NCBI RefSeq assembly: GCF_009914755.1
Contig: NC_060928.1
Source: the human T2T-CHM13v2.0 reference genome, Homo sapiens
Length of the DNA: 64,000 nucleotides
Direction: 5' to 3' (one strand)
Position numbers and translations under genes: made by a program. Shown piece after piece: positions 58,285 through 64,000 of the stretch. The notes below the pieces were generated by a model. It was not told the origin of the DNA. It was given only the letters and a program-made list of their open reading frames with translations, and did not search any database. How positions within the stretch are numbered: the first letter of the stretch is position 1; each line of letters starts with the position of its first letter.

Positions 58285-59530
58285 GTTAGTATTTCTGTTT
58301 TCACCTGAAAAGGACTGGGGATGAGCCAATCCTTAGGTACTCAAGAACTCAACATTGATTGTTTCTTCTACAATAATATAGTGTTCAAAAGTATTTAGCC
58401 ATTTACAATACTATTAATGCTCATCTGTTTATGAGCTTGTAAGTAAAATCTTGCTCATTTTCTTAATGTAAACAATTCACTTATGTAAGTTAATTATAAA
58501 TATACAAAACCTTTAAATGACTGAGTCCTTTCAAAAAGTAAAAAATGCAAATAGCACAACTAGATCATCTCTTTAGGCCTCTTGGTCCTGGGTTCTGAAA
58601 TTTCACACTAGCCAATGACTTAGTGTTTGCAAAGCCCCTCTCCAAGCGCTAGCATTTTCCAGACACCCTGTAAATGCCCTCCCTGGCTTTACTGCTTGCT
58701 TTCCTACCACAGCAGACTAAAAACAGGGCTTTTCAGTGGGTGTTATTAAATAAAACGGGAAAATGCAATTATCTAGAGACATATTATGAGATTTTTTTTC
58801 ATGCTTTTTGCCACTCCCCTGTGAACCATCAACTAGGTGTGCATCTGCTCAGAGAGAGCAAAGGAGATTTATTCCAGGGTTGTTCTAGCCTATAACTTGA
58901 TAGTTCCTCAATTATGTGCAATGATGCTTAAGTTCTACTTGGTGTGAAGTCAGAAAATTAGATAAATTTAGAAACCTAGAGTTTAAAATGTGTATGTTGA
59001 AAATGCATAATCAACAACCAGCATATACCATCACTTAGAAATGATTTTGATCTCGGCTATTTCAAATATTAAAATACTATTGCCAATGAAAATTAAAACC
59101 TCAAATTAACATTTAATATTATTTATTCATAAATGCTATCTTTTTGTTTGTCCTCAAGATGTATTTCAAAAAATTATAACTATAACTTGTCTATTTTTAT
59201 ATTGCCTAACAAAAAAACCAACATTTAAAACCACATATAGAGGATATATTTTAAACTTACATTGCTTCAGCATTAATAACATTATGTGTGTGATTAATAC
59301 TATGGTTATGTATCTAGGAAGGAGTTATCAAAATTAAAACTCAACAGAAATTAAGTAATTACATTATTTAAAACAAATGCTTACATGTTATTTACCCATC
59401 TTCTCTGCCTTTTTGTTGGTTGACCAAAAATATGAGAATCAGTATTCAAATGTAATGATATTCAAATTCCTGCTAATTTATTATCTCTCTGCTTCCTTTG
59501 CTGCCTAACAATATCTACTTTTTCTGCATC

Positions 59531-59831
59531 TTTTTTTTTTTTTTTTTTTTGAGGTGGAGTCTCTCTCTGTCGCCCAGGCTGGAGGGCAGTGAGGCAATCT
59601 CGGCTCACCACAACCTCCACCTCCTGGGTTCAAGTGATTCTCCCGCCTCAGCTTCCCGAGTAGCTTGGATTATAGGCGCCCACCACCATGCCCTCCTAAT
59701 TTTTGTATTTATAGTGGAGATGGGTTTCCACCACGTTGGCCAGGCTGGTCTTGAACTCTCAACCTCATGTGATCTGCCACCTTGGCCTCCCAGAGTGCTT
59801 GGATAACAGGTGTGAGCCACCATGCCCAGCC
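59531..59831 (-). mobile_element. AluS in intron 12
   Basis: Poly-T then Alu body; TSD TCTGCATCTTTT. Confidence 0.94.
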
Positions 59832-61160
59832 TCTCTGCATCTTTTAGTAACAGAATATAACATAAAGTGTCCATTCTGTTATATTCCCTGCTTTGCATTT
59901 TGCCTAATCTCTTATGTTATCTGAAGCCTGCTAGTGACAGTATATTTAAACTGAGGGTGAATGAATTATCTCAAATACAGATGGCACTATATATACCTTA
60001 ATAGATATTAATAATAAATTGTGATATAAATGAAAATAGACATACATTGAGTTAACATAAAGTTTTACTCCATGAGGTACTTTCATTTTTACACTGAATC
60101 AATTTAAATAGTTTGAATATATAACATTTACCAAAACCATTTTATAAAAATAATCTGTTTATGTGGGATGTTTTGGACCTAAACAGGAATTTTATTCATG
60201 TACTCACATTGTTTACTCATCTCCCACAGATTTAAAGCATAAAATTGTTTATTTTCTTCTTACTTTTTCTATCCCATGTGTCAACCACAGACACCTGGAA
60301 TTTGATTAACGCATTTGAAAGGTCAAAATGACCCTGTCTCGTCAAAACATAAGGAAATGTATTGAAGGAATTTGACTCCATCCCCAGTGACTGTACTCCC
60401 CAGATTTAATCAGAAAATAGCAATTTATATACCCAATTTTATGTCTCATTTTAGCAGTATATCTTCTTATTTCCCATTTATATTGTAGTGGTAAAATTCT
60501 TTAATGAATAAATTCTGTGCTGTAGGGTAATCCTGAAAAGGTTTGCTCAGAACATCCTTTGCTGGCCAACTGCACTGACTCCAGAAAGAGACTTCTAAGT
60601 GTAATCAGAGAGCAAAGCATATGCTGTCTGCCCCCTGGAAGCAAGAGGAAGGAAGAATCCAAGGGAGTTTATACGGTGGATATTCCACCCAACCAAAATC
60701 CAAAACTGACTGTTCCTTTCTGTTGCACTGGAGTTGCTTGAGCCTCTGTGTCTCCCCCTCAGGCTGGGCCACTCCCATGTTGAGATCCTACCTTGAAGGA
60801 ATGGGAACATAGAGCTTGGGAGGCCCTCTGTAGAGAATGCTCCTGTGAAGCAGAGATTTCAAAGGACTAAAATCTTCATTTTAAATAGAGTTAATTTTGC
60901 AAAGGGTTGCAATTGTTTCTCATGATCTCTGCTTCTCTAGAAATGTCTCTCATTCTCTGCTGAGTTCAGGTCTCCAAATAACTATGGGTGTAAAAGCCTG
61001 TTTCCTACTTGCATATTTATCTTTCAGATCATTTTGTAACTATCTCCCTCCTTTTTTCCCTCGCTTCCCTTATTCAGCAAATATTTGTTGGTCTCATGCT
61101 CAGTCCTGTTTCTGACATACAGAATGAGAGTGTGATGTTCTTGCTCTTTTTCTCTCCCAG

Positions 61161-61354
61161 CAAAATGTGAGCCAGCATGTCGTCATGGAGGTGTCTGTGT
61201 TAGACCGAACAAGTGCCTCTGTAAAAAAGGATATCTTGGTCCTCAATGTGAACAAGTGGACAGAAACATCCGCAGAGTGACCAGGGCAGGTATTCTTGAT
61301 CAGATCATTGACATGACATCTTACTTGCTGGATCTAACAAGTTACATTGTATAG
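61161..61354 (+). CDS. HHIP: HHIP exon 13 coding part (194 nt), EGF-like domain 2 plus C-terminal hydrophobic helix: (A)KCEPACRHGGVCVRPNKCLCKKGYLGPQCEQVDRNIRRVTRAGILDQIIDMTSYLLDLTSYIV*
   Basis: tttttctctcccag| acceptor; TAG stop at 61352-61354; matches the HHIP C-terminus as I recall it. Confidence 0.97.
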
Positions 61355-62115
61355 TTTCTGGGACTGTTTGAATATTCTATTCCAATGGGCATTTATTTTT
61401 TATCCTGTCATTAAAAAAAAAAGACTGTTATCCTGCTACACACTCCTGTGATTTCATTCTCTTTTATTAATTTAAAAATAATTTCCAGAAATGTGCAGAT
61501 CCTCTGTGTGTATGTCAGCATGTTTGTTCACATATGCACATACACATACTCATAACCCCTATATGCGTTGTTGCATAACAGATGATTTTTTAAAATATAT
61601 ACTTCCTTATGCAAAGTAATTTACACAGAAATTCCATTGTAAATTGATAATGGATTTTTTATGTTACTAGAAGAGATTATTTGACTTCCCAGGAATTTTC
61701 TGTCTGTAATCACTAAAGTCAACTTTAATAGAGTTTTGAAACAGTACTGTGCAATCCGATGGATCTAATTAAAAAAAAGGCAATATTTTTATATTAAAGT
61801 ACTATACTAGGAGAGAATGTTTCAGAACTCCCTGATGAATTTCTAAGTGAGCAACTTGATATAAAATTGTAATCTTCATTTTTGTCAGTGTATCCAGTTA
61901 CAGAATGCTACACACTTACCTTTTTATTGGCTGAGAAATCTGGTTATTTCATCTTAATCTCAAGATTGTTTTCAAGTGTTTTATAATTAAATCATAATAG
62001 CATATTTTAAAATCAATCTTCCTAAAAGGTCTGCTTTTATTGTATATTTTATTTAACAATAGGCACTGGGTTTGTGTTACATATTTATATATTTTATTTT
62101 ATTTTTATAATATAG

Positions 62116-62126
62116 ACATCACCTAG
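62116..62126 (+). CDS. HHIP: Putative alternative terminal coding segment (G|AC ATC ACC TAG = Asp-Ile-Thr-stop), reached from an internal donor at 61289/61290
   Basis: U-rich, AG-free tract 62063-62113 ending in atatag|; in frame with the phase-1 donor GCAG|gtattc. Confidence 0.55.
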
Positions 62127-62563
62127 ATGAAACACCTTTACCCTGTCCTGTAAAACACTAAAGTTACATTTTTCACCAACTTAATTGGAAAGAAGGGGAG
62201 TGAGAAAGCAAACAGTCTTTAATGTGCTGTGGATCTAATCTAGCAAGGTATCCTTGTGCCAACATGTAATCATTAACGACGGATGAAAAAGCAAGAAAAC
62301 AGCCAATCCTTATAAAATTCCAGCATTAAACATTTGTAAAGTGCTTTTCACCATAGCAAGACTGTCAGAGTCTATGTTATTAGAATGTTGCAGATTTCCA
62401 CTGAATCGAACCTCACTGGAGAAGAGCTCACTTGTTTTTAAAAATCTTGGCTATGTAAGCTGTCACCTGTACAAATTTTTAACATAATAATTCTTGCCAA
62501 ATATGACTTTAAATGTACGTGTTCCTTCAGAACTCAATGAAAATACTCTTTGGCTAATGTATC

Positions 62564-62569
62564 AATAAA
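62564..62569 (+). terminator. Candidate polyadenylation signal AATAAA with downstream GU/U-rich tract
   Basis: First canonical AATAAA I found after the stop; preceded by TGTA and followed by tgttctgttc. Confidence 0.5.
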
Positions 62570-64000
62570 TTTTCTGTAAATGTTCTGTTCAGGGTTTTAC
62601 AGAGATGACATGTTCTGACTTAAAACTGCAAAAAGTCTAGTAGATATTTTTCTTCATGGTTTTCAAAGCCAGCTCTCCACGTTTGGATTTTAACAAAATA
62701 TAAGGCCTCTTTGCACTAGTGAAAAAACACGTCTACTCATGACAAGTGCACACCCACTATGGCTGTCCTTCTTCTGTAAACATCCATTCCTCTAGAATCT
62801 AAATTGTAGAGCAGTATAGATTATGCAGCGCCAGCTGACTTTCTAAACCTTCTCCTTACCTTTAGGAATACAAGCCTCAATTTAAAAAATATATTGTAGC
62901 TAGTATTTCTCTATTGTTTTAAGGTGAGAGATTTGCAATTAAAGCCCAGTAAGCATTTATATAGAAGCCACAATGTAGAAAGATTGGTTAAGTACACTGC
63001 TCTTGTCTTCCATATATGATTACTTAAGTTTCAAGTGACCTCATGCCAAATGGAAATGGGTTGAGAAATCTTGGTTCAGTGCTTAGTGAACAATAGCCTG
63101 CATTAAAAAGTGCATGCATAATTTTGCACAATTTAGATTCAATTGACAGTCTATTCAAAGAAGTCTCAGGATTAAATGAGCATGGAGACCAAATTGCCCT
63201 CTTACCCCAGAAAAGGGGTGGTCCCTTCTAGTCACACTAACACTTCATTGGCCCAACAGTGTGACAAATCTTGCAATGAACCATGCAGTAGCCTGCATCT
63301 GTAGGTTAATAGCAATCTTTTGTCTCCATTGCTTTCTCTTCATAGCCCTTTTACTGAATTCCATCACAGAAAGTTTTACAATTAAAAAAAAATGTCCTGA
63401 CAACCATTTTTGTAAATGGACCTTACCATCTAATTGTCCCTTATTCAACGTGGGTGACATTAACAAAATGTGAACTTCTTGTGAGGGAGCCAGCTGTCTA
63501 AATCTGTCAAATCGTGCAGTTTTATTACACATTCTCCAATTCTTCCTAGTTTCCCTGAAAACAATAAGGATACTGCTATATATTCAGTAAAATCTAAAAA
63601 AATCAAGCATTACTTCTTACATCTTTAAACTTTCCATCTCCTCCCCAAAATAAAAGGTGTTCTATTGCCATTAGTTCTACTGTTTTAAAATATCTATATT
63701 AAGTTGACCAGGCCCAGATTTTTTATACAGCTTTTTCCCAAGTGAAAGATTTTCAAGTGACTTAGAAAAACATATGTGCCCCAGGTGTCATTGCCTTTTC
63801 TTTTGTGAGTCATTAGAATGAAAGGCCAAGTTCTTCTCAAGAGAAGATAGCAAGATCCACGGATATTAAGCCAAGCAAAGAAAGTAAAATCATTGGAGTC
63901 ATTTCTTTCTGTTCTTAGGAGAAAAGTAGATAGCACTGGCTAATTGATGGCAACATATTTTAAATTAAGTGGTCAATTCAAAAATTCTCTTTGACCTTTT

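Larger units (their letters stand above)
61355..64000 (+). other. HHIP: HHIP 3' UTR region (distal end not determinable; may extend past the window)
   Basis: Follows the stop codon; AU-rich, no obvious repeats; ATTAAA at 61410, 61768, 61793, 61986 and AATAAA at 62564, 63649. Confidence 0.75.

Overview
Primate (almost certainly human) genomic DNA: AT-rich, dense in Alu/L1/L2/MIR/LTR/DNA-transposon relics, with no long single-exon ORF. The window holds the 3' two-thirds of HHIP (Hedgehog-interacting protein) on the + strand: the distal ~30 kb of intron 4, nine coding exons (5-13; residues 278-700 by my recollection of the 700-aa human protein) with GT-AG boundaries that splice into one continuous frame, and the start of the 3' UTR. 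Main leads: (1) a cryptic 826-nt GT-AG intron inside the last exon (61290-62115) that would replace the C-terminal membrane-associating helix with Asp-Ile-Thr-stop; (2) a GLI/STAT/NF-kB/FOX motif cluster in intron 4 next to an old diverged local duplication (~9.4-9.7 kb vs ~11.5-11.9 kb); (3) a nested, monomer-permuted, inverted Alu composite at 7.3-8.0 kb. Repeat subfamily names and boundaries are by-eye estimates, and exon and residue numbering comes from memory, not a database search.
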